52,382 bases of DNA, taken from positions 1 to 52,382 of the IMG/VR virus record IMGVR_UViG_3300020403_000015; one strand, given 5' to 3'. The position numbers and the translations under genes were made by a program. The notes below the pieces were generated by a model, which ran no database searches, had not been told where the DNA came from, and was given only the letters and a program-made list of their open reading frames with translations. Origin of the DNA: a virus. Taxonomy: Duplodnaviria > Caudoviricetes. Each line of letters starts with the position of its first letter. The first letter of the stretch is position 1. Positions 38,509 through 47,185 of this stretch are shown in pieces.

Positions 38509-39543
38509 TTACGAGCGCACAATATTTGCGAGTTCACAATTCAGTTCGATATACTTTTGATTTTTGCATAGCTTCTGGTCACGAGCCGCAATATCAGTCA
38601 GACAAATCAACTGGTATTCACGGTTCATCCTACGCATGAACTTGATTACGTTGTCCATGTTCGCAGCCGTTGCCATCCGCGCAACAGAACCAGTCATGGC
38701 GAACTTTACACACACATCTTCGGGAATCTCGACACTGTCGGGGTCTTTCTCAATCTGCGTGAGGTCAGGAAGTGACCGCCACATTTTGAGGAATGCCATA
38801 TACTCAATGGCAAACCCATGACCACAACAGCCCTCAACCAGTGAGAATTCTAAATCCTGACTCGCACCCTTGATAAGGTTATCCATCATCACGATTGAAC
38901 GTGGCGTTGGAAATGCCGTCATATCTGGCTCAAAGTCGTGCAGTTGGTCTTGCTTGAAGCGCACAAAGGCAACGGTTTGAGGTGACACGCCAGCAGGAAT
39001 TGCCCAACTCGCAAAGTCTGCGACTGACGGTTCAAGCTGCACATGGACAAAGCGGTTACGCAACGGGGCTGGCATTGTATTGGTAACGCCACGGTCCGAC
39101 ACGCGATTGCCAGCAGCCATGATGCGGCAACCCTTGGGCAGTTCATAATCACCCAAGCGTTTATCCAATACCAATTGATAGGACATTGCCTGAATAATAG
39201 GTGATGGCTGGTTGATTTCATCCAAAAGAACAAGGATTTTTGCGTCTGGGTCAGTGGGCAGTCGCCCATCTCTAGCCCATTGAACCTTAACAACAGTACC
39301 ATCTTCAAGTCTGACTGGTACAGGCACACCTTTTAAATCTGACGGGTCAGTGACAGACAACCTCACATCTATGCACCCGTCAAACCCCAGAGCCTCTGCT
39401 AATTGGTGTATCATATCCGATTTACCCGCGCCTGACTTACCCCAAGTCATCAGGGGCAAATCTGCTTGGATACATTGCTTTGCATAGTCGAACCATTTTG
39501 AAGGGCTGACCGTTGCGATATTCATTTCTGTAGATTTTTGCAT
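38509..39543 (-). CDS. MoxR-like AAA+ ATPase
   Basis: Walker A GKSGAGKS, Walker B LLLDE-like (VLLDEI), AAGNR, PLRNRF, PTPRS. Confidence 0.88.
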   Translation of the reverse strand: MQKSTEMNIATVSPSKWFDYAKQCIQADLPLMTWGKSGAGKSDMIHQLAEALGFDGCIDVRLSVTDPSDLKGVPVPVRLEDGTVVKVQWARDGRLPTDPDAKILVLLDEINQPSPIIQAMSYQLVLDKRLGDYELPKGCRIMAAGNRVSDRGVTNTMPAPLRNRFVHVQLEPSVADFASWAIPAGVSPQTVAFVRFKQDQLHDFEPDMTAFPTPRSIVMMDNLIKGASQDLEFSLVEGCCGHGFAIEYMAFLKMWRSLPDLTQIEKDPDSVEIPEDVCVKFAMTGSVARMATAANMDNVIKFMRRMNREYQLICLTDIAARDQKLCKNQKYIELNCELANIVRS

Positions 39544-39572
39544 AATAATCTCGCTTTCATACTGACGTTTTT

Positions 39573-39613
39573 AATATGGGTATTATAACTGACGATGTCA
39601 AACATATTTCTGA
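39573..39613 (-). promoter_or_regulatory. Promoter of AAA/VWA genes with operator-like motif
   Basis: Minus strand reads TCAGAAATATGT-TTGACA-17 nt-CATATT. Confidence 0.55.
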
Positions 39614-39619
39614 CTGACA

Positions 39620-39847
39620 CTAGTCACATTTTTTTGCAGGGATAAAAGTTGACAATCTCCTTCCATTTTTAAGGTGAGCTTTTTTTGCCAGCTTTACTGC
39701 TTCATCAACCACTGACTTGTCAGTGTTTTGATTGTCGTGTATTCGCTGCACAATTTTGAATGTTTCCCACGGCAGCGGTGTCACCTGTTCACGGCAACAC
39801 ACTGCGTTATGGGCTTTCCAGTTTTGCATTCGTTCTACTGCTTTCAT
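39620..39847 (-). CDS. Hypothetical protein
   Basis: 75 aa; ATGA overlap with the upstream gene. Confidence 0.55.
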   Translation of the reverse strand: MKAVERMQNWKAHNAVCCREQVTPLPWETFKIVQRIHDNQNTDKSVVDEAVKLAKKAHLKNGRRLSTFIPAKKCD

Positions 39848-40734
39848 GCTGCTACTCCATATCCAGCCATAGCATCCAAGATGCCTTGGGCTTCATTCGC
39901 TGCTGATTTCCGCGCAACTTCATTTTCTCGTAAATCACCAGCATCTAAGACTGCGAGTTTTTGTTTCACCAACTCGCAATAATTATTTAAGTCTGCGTCA
40001 CCAGTCAGGTTAAGACGGGGCAAGACCTGACAAAGGTCGCGGATATTTTCAACTAGGCTATCCTTGAAACCATCTACAACCTTGCTTTCACCTTTGACTG
40101 CGGGTTTATAGTTGACCATCTTATGATGGAACAACTCAACACGGCTAATCAGGCGTTCCCATAAATCGTGCATTGCCCCGTCAATACGAGACTGCATCTG
40201 GGTTTCTGCGTTTTCGATTAACTGTTGCTCAAGTTCCTCAGAGCCAAACATCTTGTCGAACATATTATTATCAGCCAATGGCTCATAATTTATAGTCATG
40301 CTGAATTTCTCGCGTACAGCCTCAACACTTGGATAATCATCAGCGTTGAACATCTCACCCAGACGGCCTTGCTGGCGGTCACGGTGTCGCTCGTATTTTT
40401 TCAGGAAGTCTTCAACCAGCCCGTCAAAAATATCTTTGAGGTTGCCGATTTTCTCTTTGTGAAAGTCGAACATGGTAACGGGCATCAAGTCCTGACCTTT
40501 TGCGTATGGCAAGGTCAATTCTTTATTCAGGTTTCTAGCCTTGCCAGCAACCTTTTTGATTTCCTTTAGCATCTCGTTATCGGCAAACAAGGACTTAACA
40601 TATTTGCCAGCCTTGCTGCTTGCGTTCTTGTTGTTCGCAACTTCATCAGACACTGAGCGGTCAATCTTTTCACCACCCCACTGTGAGATTTCAAGGCGAA
40701 CAATAACTGCGGATTTTTGAATATTTGTAGCCAT
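39844..40734 (-). CDS. DUF3150-like protein
   Basis: L.ISQW.G.K.D, F...Y, DYPS.E.VR.KF, LNLTGD..L; typical neighbour of AAA/DUF2201 genes. Confidence 0.6.
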   Translation of the reverse strand: MATNIQKSAVIVRLEISQWGGEKIDRSVSDEVANNKNASSKAGKYVKSLFADNEMLKEIKKVAGKARNLNKELTLPYAKGQDLMPVTMFDFHKEKIGNLKDIFDGLVEDFLKKYERHRDRQQGRLGEMFNADDYPSVEAVREKFSMTINYEPLADNNMFDKMFGSEELEQQLIENAETQMQSRIDGAMHDLWERLISRVELFHHKMVNYKPAVKGESKVVDGFKDSLVENIRDLCQVLPRLNLTGDADLNNYCELVKQKLAVLDAGDLRENEVARKSAANEAQGILDAMAGYGVAA

Positions 40735-40765
40735 GTGATTATTTCCTCTTCCAGATAAATATTGA

Positions 40766-41005
40766 CTAGTTAATCTCTGTTTCTGACTTAGTCAAGGCGT
40801 GACGATGCTCACCCTCGTTAAGAGGGAACCGCGAGAGGATATCTTCAAGATGCCCCGCGCAACTGATACCAGCAAAAATTGCTGTTATCATTCCCAGTAT
40901 CCAAAGGTCAGTCAGTCCCTCACTGAACAGCACCACCGCCATTGTTCCAGCGAATGCTGCCAGCGCACCATCTTTAATCATCCAAATAATAGGTCTATTT
41001 GTCAT
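40766..41005 (-). CDS. Small two-TM membrane protein
   Basis: Two hydrophobic segments. Confidence 0.55.
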   Translation of the reverse strand: MTNRPIIWMIKDGALAAFAGTMAVVLFSEGLTDLWILGMITAIFAGISCAGHLEDILSRFPLNEGEHRHALTKSETEIN

Positions 41006-41405
41006 TTTTTCTTTCCACTTCTATCAAGCCTTTGATGTATTTTGTTGTTTTTTGGATTGAACAGGCAATCTGGAACCATTCGATATCGCGGCCCCCACCC
41101 TCTCTACGTCGGACACTTTCACCTTGCTCATAGGCGATATCGTAAAGCTCGTTTAACTTTTGCAGAAAATCTGATTTATCCACGCCAAAATTTGTCGTCC
41201 AAGGCGTTACCGTTTCTGCCATTTTTACCGCTTCCTCATAGGTGTTATGGCTGGAATGATGATGCTTACCTTTGGCTGTTCGGGGTTCGATGTATAACGT
41301 CCAGCAGCCAATGGACTTGTTTATCACAACATATTCTTGACTATTTACCCCAACCCACGTTGCGCGGGTTTCAGGCATTAATTCAAATTTTGCAACTTGT
41401 GACAT
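40995..41405 (-). CDS. Hypothetical protein
   Basis: 136 aa; AAAGGAGG RBS. Confidence 0.6.
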   Translation of the reverse strand: MSQVAKFELMPETRATWVGVNSQEYVVINKSIGCWTLYIEPRTAKGKHHHSSHNTYEEAVKMAETVTPWTTNFGVDKSDFLQKLNELYDIAYEQGESVRRREGGGRDIEWFQIACSIQKTTKYIKGLIEVERKNDK

Positions 41406-41423
41406 GGGCCGTGGCCCTCCTTT

Positions 41424-41663
41424 CTAAAGATGTGAAAAGCTGATTATTTGCTTACCCTTGGGGGTTTGCTCATAAACTATATTAACCAGCCGCCCTTCCC
41501 AGTTTGTGCAAACTTCATAAGCACAAGCTGCGTTAGACTTTGTTTTGAAAACTCCGAATGCTGTATGCAATGCCCAGCGTGGGTTGCCGACACTTGAATT
41601 GTTGAGGCGTTCCACTTTTCGGATGTTGATTTGGTCTTTTATGGGGTTTGTTTTTTTATTCAT
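41424..41663 (-). CDS. Hypothetical protein, first ORF of the early operon
   Basis: RL..S..GNPRW motif; AAAAGGA RBS. Confidence 0.6.
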   Translation of the reverse strand: MNKKTNPIKDQINIRKVERLNNSSVGNPRWALHTAFGVFKTKSNAACAYEVCTNWEGRLVNIVYEQTPKGKQIISFSHL

Positions 41664-41679
41664 GGTTTGGAAAGTTCCT

Positions 41680-42545
41680 TTTCAGTTCCAATGCGGTGAG
41701 GTGTTCACCGTGTCAGGGCTTGGCAAGGGAGATAACCAAGCCCTCACAAGGTGACAGGACCGAAGCCCTGCCGCCTGAAACTGTGTTTTCATCATTGACC
41801 GCCCTGCATTCCTGCACTGGCATGTCATGTTGGCTAGTCAATGGCTGATGTTTACGGCAACCCGTGTCACTTTTTCCACGGGTGCGGCAAACTTGATGCA
41901 ATGTGGCGGTCAGCACCGCCAGCCGCCGAAGCGACAACCTGTCATGGTCAGTGGCAAGGGGTCCGAAGACAATTTTAATTCCAACCGTGCAACCTCTTAT
42001 TACACGGTCAACGTTGCAGCCCTGCTTTGGGGGTCTCGACTGCATAACATCCTATCTGCGGGGTGTGGTGGCCCTGCCCAGTCTGGGGGTCTCAATCAGT
42101 ATTGGAAAGCGTCCTTTGTGGGGAATGGTTACCCTGCCAAGTTGGGGGTCTGTGAAGGGTTGCTGTTAGGACGGTTTGTTGAATTCCTACACCTAACAGC
42201 AGCCGGACAATTGACCAGTTCCAACGGGTCTAACGAACACCTGATGATGCACCAGTTCCAGTGGGTCTAATGTGCAGCAGCGCGATTGACCAATTCCAAG
42301 GGGTCTAGCGCAACGTTGCTTGCGTTTAGCGTTTGTAGTCTTATGAACGATGGGAAAAAGCGAACCGAAGCCAGCGTCCTGCCGCCTATGCGGAGTATCG
42401 GGGGGCGGGAATTGAACTGCCAGTGCAGCCATTAGGCCAGCCCTTGTCCGACTGCCAACATTGCAGCGGGGCGTGGGGTCACCGTGTGAGCGGTGTCGGT
42501 ATGAACTTTGTCAAACAGCGCGGCCCAAAAATGCTAGGGGGCCAA
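41680..42545 (-). ncRNA. Candidate large structured RNA / leader of the early operon
   Basis: No credible CDS; GC-richer than flanks; many hairpins; four C(UUCG)G loops on the minus strand; six repeated AGACCC modules. Confidence 0.55.
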
Positions 42546-42718
42546 TGACGCAACTTGGGCGTCAAGTCAGAAATATGTACTGACAAAGCCTATTTCAAGG
42601 GGTGCTAGTCAAAAAAGTTTCCTGACAAAGAAAGCCCCAAACGGGGCGGGGAAATAACCGCATTGGGGATAAGGGATAAGGTACACTGTAAGGGGATAAG
42701 ACAAAGGGACTAGAAACA

Positions 42719-43204
42719 ATGGCAAGTAAGAAGCACACGACAGCCCACGGGTTGACTGTTAAGCAGGAAGCATTCGCTCAGGCATATGTCACGGGGGATA
42801 GCAAAGGCAATGCATCAGCGGCATACAGGGCGGCCTACGACTGCGAAAAGATGAAACCCAGTAGCGTAAGGGCCGAAGCATGCCGATTGCTGGATAACCT
42901 GAACGTAACCCAGCGCATTGACCAGTTAAACGCTGATATAACGGCTCAACACCGCTTGCAGGGGGTCTCGCTGCGTCAACGAGTGCAGGAAGGACTGTTA
43001 TTGGAAGCAACCGCCGCTGAAAGCCCAGCAGCGCGGGTCAGGGCATGGGAATTGATAGGCAAGCTGCAAGGTGTGGACGCATTCGGTGCTGACCGTGTCG
43101 AGACCAACACCACAATAAACAGCAAAACGGCGGAAAGTGAGCTACAACAAGCAATAGCAGCCGCACTTGAAGATAGTACCGTGGTGCAACTGTTCGATAA
43201 GTAG
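42719..43204 (+). CDS. terS: Terminase small subunit
   Basis: LTVKQEAFAQAYV...NASAAYRAAY...A.RLL.N..V..RI..L; A.ELIGK..G. Confidence 0.88.
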   Translation: MASKKHTTAHGLTVKQEAFAQAYVTGDSKGNASAAYRAAYDCEKMKPSSVRAEACRLLDNLNVTQRIDQLNADITAQHRLQGVSLRQRVQEGLLLEATAAESPAARVRAWELIGKLQGVDAFGADRVETNTTINSKTAESELQQAIAAALEDSTVVQLFDK

Positions 43205-43694
43205 CTGATATCGCTGGTTTCTGGTGGCGGAAATTAGGGGATTGCAAGGCTCACCCTCAAATCGGGGTGTACCTTGACAGATAGAGGGTGTCTTCCCTGC
43301 CTACCCCCACCCCCCTGTACGCACACTCACCCACACTCGCGTATACATAGTACTAAACACCCACAATCCCAGCTTTTTCCAACCAATCCCATACCCCTTT
43401 CCCCCAAAACACAGGAAAAAGGCCAAGGAATCCTACCCCCGGTGGGGATATTTAGTGAATTATAAAGGAAATTATGAAGGAAAGTGAGAACGCTACATAG
43501 CAAAAGAGCATAAAGGCGAAGATATTGCTGAACTTCATAACGATAAAACCTCTTTAAAAGGGGACCAGCCTGAATGCGCTACAAGCTGGTCCGAGTCTAG
43601 GGAGATTTAAAAGCAGCCGGGGAGAAGGAGTAAAACCCCCGACCACTCATTCGGTTATATCGTCAGGAATCTGTAGTGTCAACACCTACGTCAT

Positions 43695-43736
43695 ACATAT
43701 TTCAGAGTTGACAGTGCCAGTAATAGAACATAAGGT
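43695..43736 (+). promoter_or_regulatory. Sigma70-type promoter with operator-like motif
   Basis: ACATATTTCAGA-G-TTGACA-17 nt-TAAGGT. Confidence 0.6.
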
Positions 43737-43817
43737 GAATCTGCATGGTCAAGCATGCGCTGTGAGAACGGGGGTCTTCTTCTATCACCCTTCCACCCAG
43801 AAACGAGGAAGACCCCT

Positions 43818-44039
43818 ATGACAGAAGCTGCAACCCGCAAAGACCTTATCTGGATAACTGACGAAGGCGACATCGACTATGACGAGGCGATGATGGAAGA
43901 GTGGTTCGCAGCCGCCGTAGAGAACCTTTCGGTATACGAGGTCAGTGATGACTCAGCCGCTTGGATGCTTTTCCTCATGGGCGCAGAGACAGCAGTCAGA
44001 GGAAACATCGGAGACCACCCATATGGCGGGAGTGCGTAA
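43818..44039 (+). CDS. Hypothetical acidic protein
   Basis: GAGGA RBS, ATG 43818. Confidence 0.55.
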   Translation: MTEAATRKDLIWITDEGDIDYDEAMMEEWFAAAVENLSVYEVSDDSAAWMLFLMGAETAVRGNIGDHPYGGSA

Positions 44040-44307
44040 ACGTGCAAAAAAAACCCGGCTGGAAAAAAGCACCTCAACCATCCAACTTGAGTGCGCGGGG
44101 TGCGGTAAAGGATTCAGGGCCAGTGAGGATGACTGGGTTGCCCTTGGCAGCGGTCACTATGTCCACTGGGGCGCATGGCACGGAGAAGACTGCTACAAGG
44201 CTCTCCGCAGACGACTTGAAGAGGAAGCGACTGATGAGGCACGAAGCGTGGATGAAGAAGCAGATGCAGAATATTACGAAGAATTCGCAAGAGGATTTAA
44301 TGATTGA
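44023..44307 (+). CDS. Hypothetical protein with CxxC
   Basis: ATG 44023 with GGAG RBS; CAGC...H...C. Confidence 0.55.
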   Translation: MAGVRKRAKKTRLEKSTSTIQLECAGCGKGFRASEDDWVALGSGHYVHWGAWHGEDCYKALRRRLEEEATDEARSVDEEADAEYYEEFARGFND

Positions 44308-44581
44308 GCCTGACGCTTTCAACAACAAGCAGCAGAAATATGAGGACCATCAGGATGAAATGGTTCGTCAGCCCTCTCACTATAATCAGTCAGGGATAGA
44401 GTGTATTGACGCTATCCACGCTTGCCTTGGGGACGAAGGCTTCATCAACTACTGCCACGGCAACATGCTGAAGTATAGCTGGCGTTGGAAATACAAGGGT
44501 GGGTTACAGGATTTAAATAAATCGGCTGAATACGGGATGTTTATAGAGAACGTCACCAACGGCGGGAAGCCTAGAGGGTAA
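44300..44581 (+). CDS. DUF3310 (T7 gp1.7-like nucleotide kinase domain) protein
   Basis: V..PSHY...GIECIDAI...GN.LKY.WR.K.KGG.QDL.K; start 44300. Confidence 0.85.
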   Translation: MIEPDAFNNKQQKYEDHQDEMVRQPSHYNQSGIECIDAIHACLGDEGFINYCHGNMLKYSWRWKYKGGLQDLNKSAEYGMFIENVTNGGKPRG

Positions 44582-44584
44582 CCC

Positions 44585-44947
44585 TTGGAGTATAACAACG
44601 ACTTCCGTTTTGACCTGAAGAGAGGTCAGAAAGCAGAGAAGTGGCTTGGCGGTCTCCTTGAGGGGGACACGATGGAAGTCAAGCGGGACTTTATCGCGCA
44701 CAAGACCAAGAGGGTCTTTGTAGAGTTTGAGTGCAACGGCAAGCCCTCAGGAATTATGAGAACAGAAGCAGAGCTATGGGCATTCGTTACTAACGTCTCG
44801 ACCATAATCGTTTCGACTGACGGGCTGAAGATTCTTGTCGAAGAAGCAATAACCAAGAACCGCGTGAAGAAAGGCGGGGATGGCAATCGTTCAAAGGGAG
44901 CGATGATAGATTTGAGAGATTTGGTTCTTCTATCATTCAATGAGTAG
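44585..44947 (+). CDS. Hypothetical protein, restriction-endonuclease-like fold possible
   Basis: DL..G..AE, EVKRD, VE.EC.GKPSGI..TEA..W, GGD.N.SKG. Confidence 0.6.
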   Translation: MEYNNDFRFDLKRGQKAEKWLGGLLEGDTMEVKRDFIAHKTKRVFVEFECNGKPSGIMRTEAELWAFVTNVSTIIVSTDGLKILVEEAITKNRVKKGGDGNRSKGAMIDLRDLVLLSFNE

Positions 44948-44950
44948 TCA

Positions 44951-45073
44951 ATGACTGACAGAAGGATAGAGAGAAACCGCAGACGGCTAGCGTTTCTTCA
45001 AAGCAAGATTCGTTTCTTCAAGAAGAACAAGAGAAAGATTTTGGTTATCTACCCTGAGAGGAAAAAGAAATAA
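44951..45073 (+). CDS. Small basic peptide (40 aa)
   Basis: MTDRRIERNRRRLAFLQSKIRFFKKNKRKILVIYPERKKK; TAATG coupling to mazG. Confidence 0.4.
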   Translation: MTDRRIERNRRRLAFLQSKIRFFKKNKRKILVIYPERKKK

Positions 45074-45399
45074 TGGACTTTACCACATACCAACAGAAGT
45101 CTCGCGAGACAGCCATCTACAAGAACGAGTTGAAAGTTCTGTACCCGGCCCTTGGCCTAGCAGGGGAAGCTGGTGAGGTCTGTGAGAAGATTAAAAAGAT
45201 TTACCGCGACAAGGATGGAGACATGTCTTCAAACGACCGCTTGGCTATCCGCAAGGAACTGGGTGATGTCCTGTGGTACATCAGTCAGCTTGCCTGTGAC
45301 ATTGACGTAACCCTCGCCTCAGTGGCTACCGCTAACCTTGAGAAGCTGCGTGTTCGCAAAGAGAATGGAACTCTTCAGGGGTCTGGGGATGACCGCTAG
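45073..45399 (+). CDS. mazG: MazG-like nucleotide pyrophosphohydrolase
   Basis: LGLAGEAGEV.EK.KK, KELGDVLWY, N.EKL..R..GTLQGSGD.R. Confidence 0.9.
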   Translation: MDFTTYQQKSRETAIYKNELKVLYPALGLAGEAGEVCEKIKKIYRDKDGDMSSNDRLAIRKELGDVLWYISQLACDIDVTLASVATANLEKLRVRKENGTLQGSGDDR

Positions 45400-45450
45400 A
45401 AATATTGGCGGTGAAACAGATACACATGTTATTTTATATTGTGGAGCCAA

Positions 45451-45669
45451 ATGGATTTAAAAACTTACATTTTAGTCATCACCATGTGGGGACACAATGG
45501 AGACGAATGGGAATATATCGGAAACCAATCGCGTCTCTTGCAACACATGACTGAGGACCAATGTGTTTTTCTTGCAGATATGTGGGACGAGAGTTACGAG
45601 AACAAATACTATAAATTAAAGTATCACTGTTTCCCCTCTGATTGCGCGGGAAAAGAGAGTTGTGACTGA
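45451..45669 (+). CDS. Hypothetical protein
   Basis: GGAG RBS; hydrophobic N-terminus. Confidence 0.55.
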   Translation: MDLKTYILVITMWGHNGDEWEYIGNQSRLLQHMTEDQCVFLADMWDESYENKYYKLKYHCFPSDCAGKESCD

Positions 45670-47176
45670 AACGTCTGCACAAGAACTACTCAAAAATATT
45701 GATAAACTTCCACCTCATCACTACGAAGCTGTAACCAAAGCCCTAGCTAAATGGCATGAAGCCAAGCAGATAGACAAGGCAAAGGACAGTTTTTTAGATT
45801 TTGTTAAGGTGGTATGGCCTTCCTTTATTGAGGGGCCGCACCACCGTATTATGGCAGAAAAGTTTGAGAGGGTAGCCAACGGCGAGTTGAAGCGGGTCAT
45901 CATCAACATAGCTCCTCGCCACGGTAAGTCTGAGCTTACCTCATGGCTCCTTCCCGCTTGGATGCTCGGTAAAGACCCTAGCAAGAAGATAATTGCGGCG
46001 ACACACACCGCAGATTTCTCTGTTCGGTTTGGTCGAAAGGTTCGTAACCTTATTGACGCTGAGTCATTCAAGTCGGTTTTTTCCAACGTCACGCTTCGTG
46101 CTGACTCTAAGGCGGCTGGTCGTTGGGATGTATCAGGCGGGGGTGAATACTTCGCTGTTGGTGTCGGCGGTGCGATGACTGGTCGTGGTGCTGACTTGTT
46201 AATAATAGATGACCCGCACTCAGAGACAGCGGGTATCAATCCGTCTCTGGATTATTTTGACAGTGTCTATGAATGGTATGCCTCTGGTCCAAGACAGCGT
46301 CTGCAACCGGGCGGTGCTATTATAATCGTGATGACACGGTGGCATGAACTGGACCTGACGGGTCACATCCTTCAGTCATCAGAGGAACGCAAAGGCTCCG
46401 ACCAGTGGGAAGTAATCCAACTCCCTGCCCTCTACGAAGACGGTGAACCTTTATGGCCTGACTTCTGGAGTAAGGCCGAACTTGATGCTCTGAAAGCTGA
46501 ACTGCCCATATCAAAGTGGTCAGCCCAGTACCAGCAGCAGCCCACCTCAGAAGAAGGTGCGCTGATAAAGCGTGAATATTGGAGAGAATGGCGAGGCTCT
46601 TCGCCGCCAAACTGCTCGTATATAATCCAGTCTGTTGATACGGCGCACACCAAAAATGCCCGTTCAGATTACTCAGCCATCACCACATGGGGAGTTTTTG
46701 ACCACACAAACGAGGATGGGCAGACAGTCCCGAACATAATCCTTCTGGATGCGATTAACGAAAAACTGGAATTTCCTGAACTTAAGAATAGGGCTTTAGA
46801 ACAATATTATGCTTACGAACCTGATGGATACCTTATCGAAGCTAAAGCGGCGGGTTTGCCTCTCATACAAGAACTACGAGCATCAGGTATACCTGTCACT
46901 GATTACACTCCGAGTCGCGGTCAAGATAAACTATCGCGGGTTAATTCAATCACTGACATCTTTGCGAACAAGATTGTTTGGTATCCAGCCACTCGCTGGG
47001 CTGAAGAAGTGGTTGAGCAATGTGCGGCGTTCCCTAACGGAGCGCATGACGACCTTGTGGACTGCACGACCTTGGCGCTGATGCGCTTCAGACAAGGTGG
47101 CTTCCTTACTTTGGGAAGCGACTACGAAGATTTGGAAGACGAATGGAAGTCACCTCGAAGAGAACCTTACTACTAG
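45662..47176 (+). CDS. terL: Terminase large subunit
   Basis: APRHGKS Walker A, TGRGADLLIIDDP, MTRWH.D, QYQQ.P, DTA, IE.KA.G, FPNG.HDDLVD. Confidence 0.95.
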   Translation: MTETSAQELLKNIDKLPPHHYEAVTKALAKWHEAKQIDKAKDSFLDFVKVVWPSFIEGPHHRIMAEKFERVANGELKRVIINIAPRHGKSELTSWLLPAWMLGKDPSKKIIAATHTADFSVRFGRKVRNLIDAESFKSVFSNVTLRADSKAAGRWDVSGGGEYFAVGVGGAMTGRGADLLIIDDPHSETAGINPSLDYFDSVYEWYASGPRQRLQPGGAIIIVMTRWHELDLTGHILQSSEERKGSDQWEVIQLPALYEDGEPLWPDFWSKAELDALKAELPISKWSAQYQQQPTSEEGALIKREYWREWRGSSPPNCSYIIQSVDTAHTKNARSDYSAITTWGVFDHTNEDGQTVPNIILLDAINEKLEFPELKNRALEQYYAYEPDGYLIEAKAAGLPLIQELRASGIPVTDYTPSRGQDKLSRVNSITDIFANKIVWYPATRWAEEVVEQCAAFPNGAHDDLVDCTTLALMRFRQGGFLTLGSDYEDLEDEWKSPRREPYY

Positions 47177-47185
47177 GGAGATTAG

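Noticed and set aside
42241-42280. Hammerhead ribozyme (CTGATGA followed by a stem)
   Set aside because: No GAAA after the putative stem II and no matching stems I/III.
42015-42310. CRISPR or TIGR array
   Set aside because: Repeats are short, degenerate and of two classes with irregular period. No cas operon or Nop-domain gene is present; the Cas4-like nuclease sits in a recombination operon 15 kb away.
41545-42432. Track ORFs in the structured region (e.g. 41827-42270 +, 41713-42045 -)
   Set aside because: No RBS, atypical composition, mutually overlapping on both strands and no recognisable motifs.
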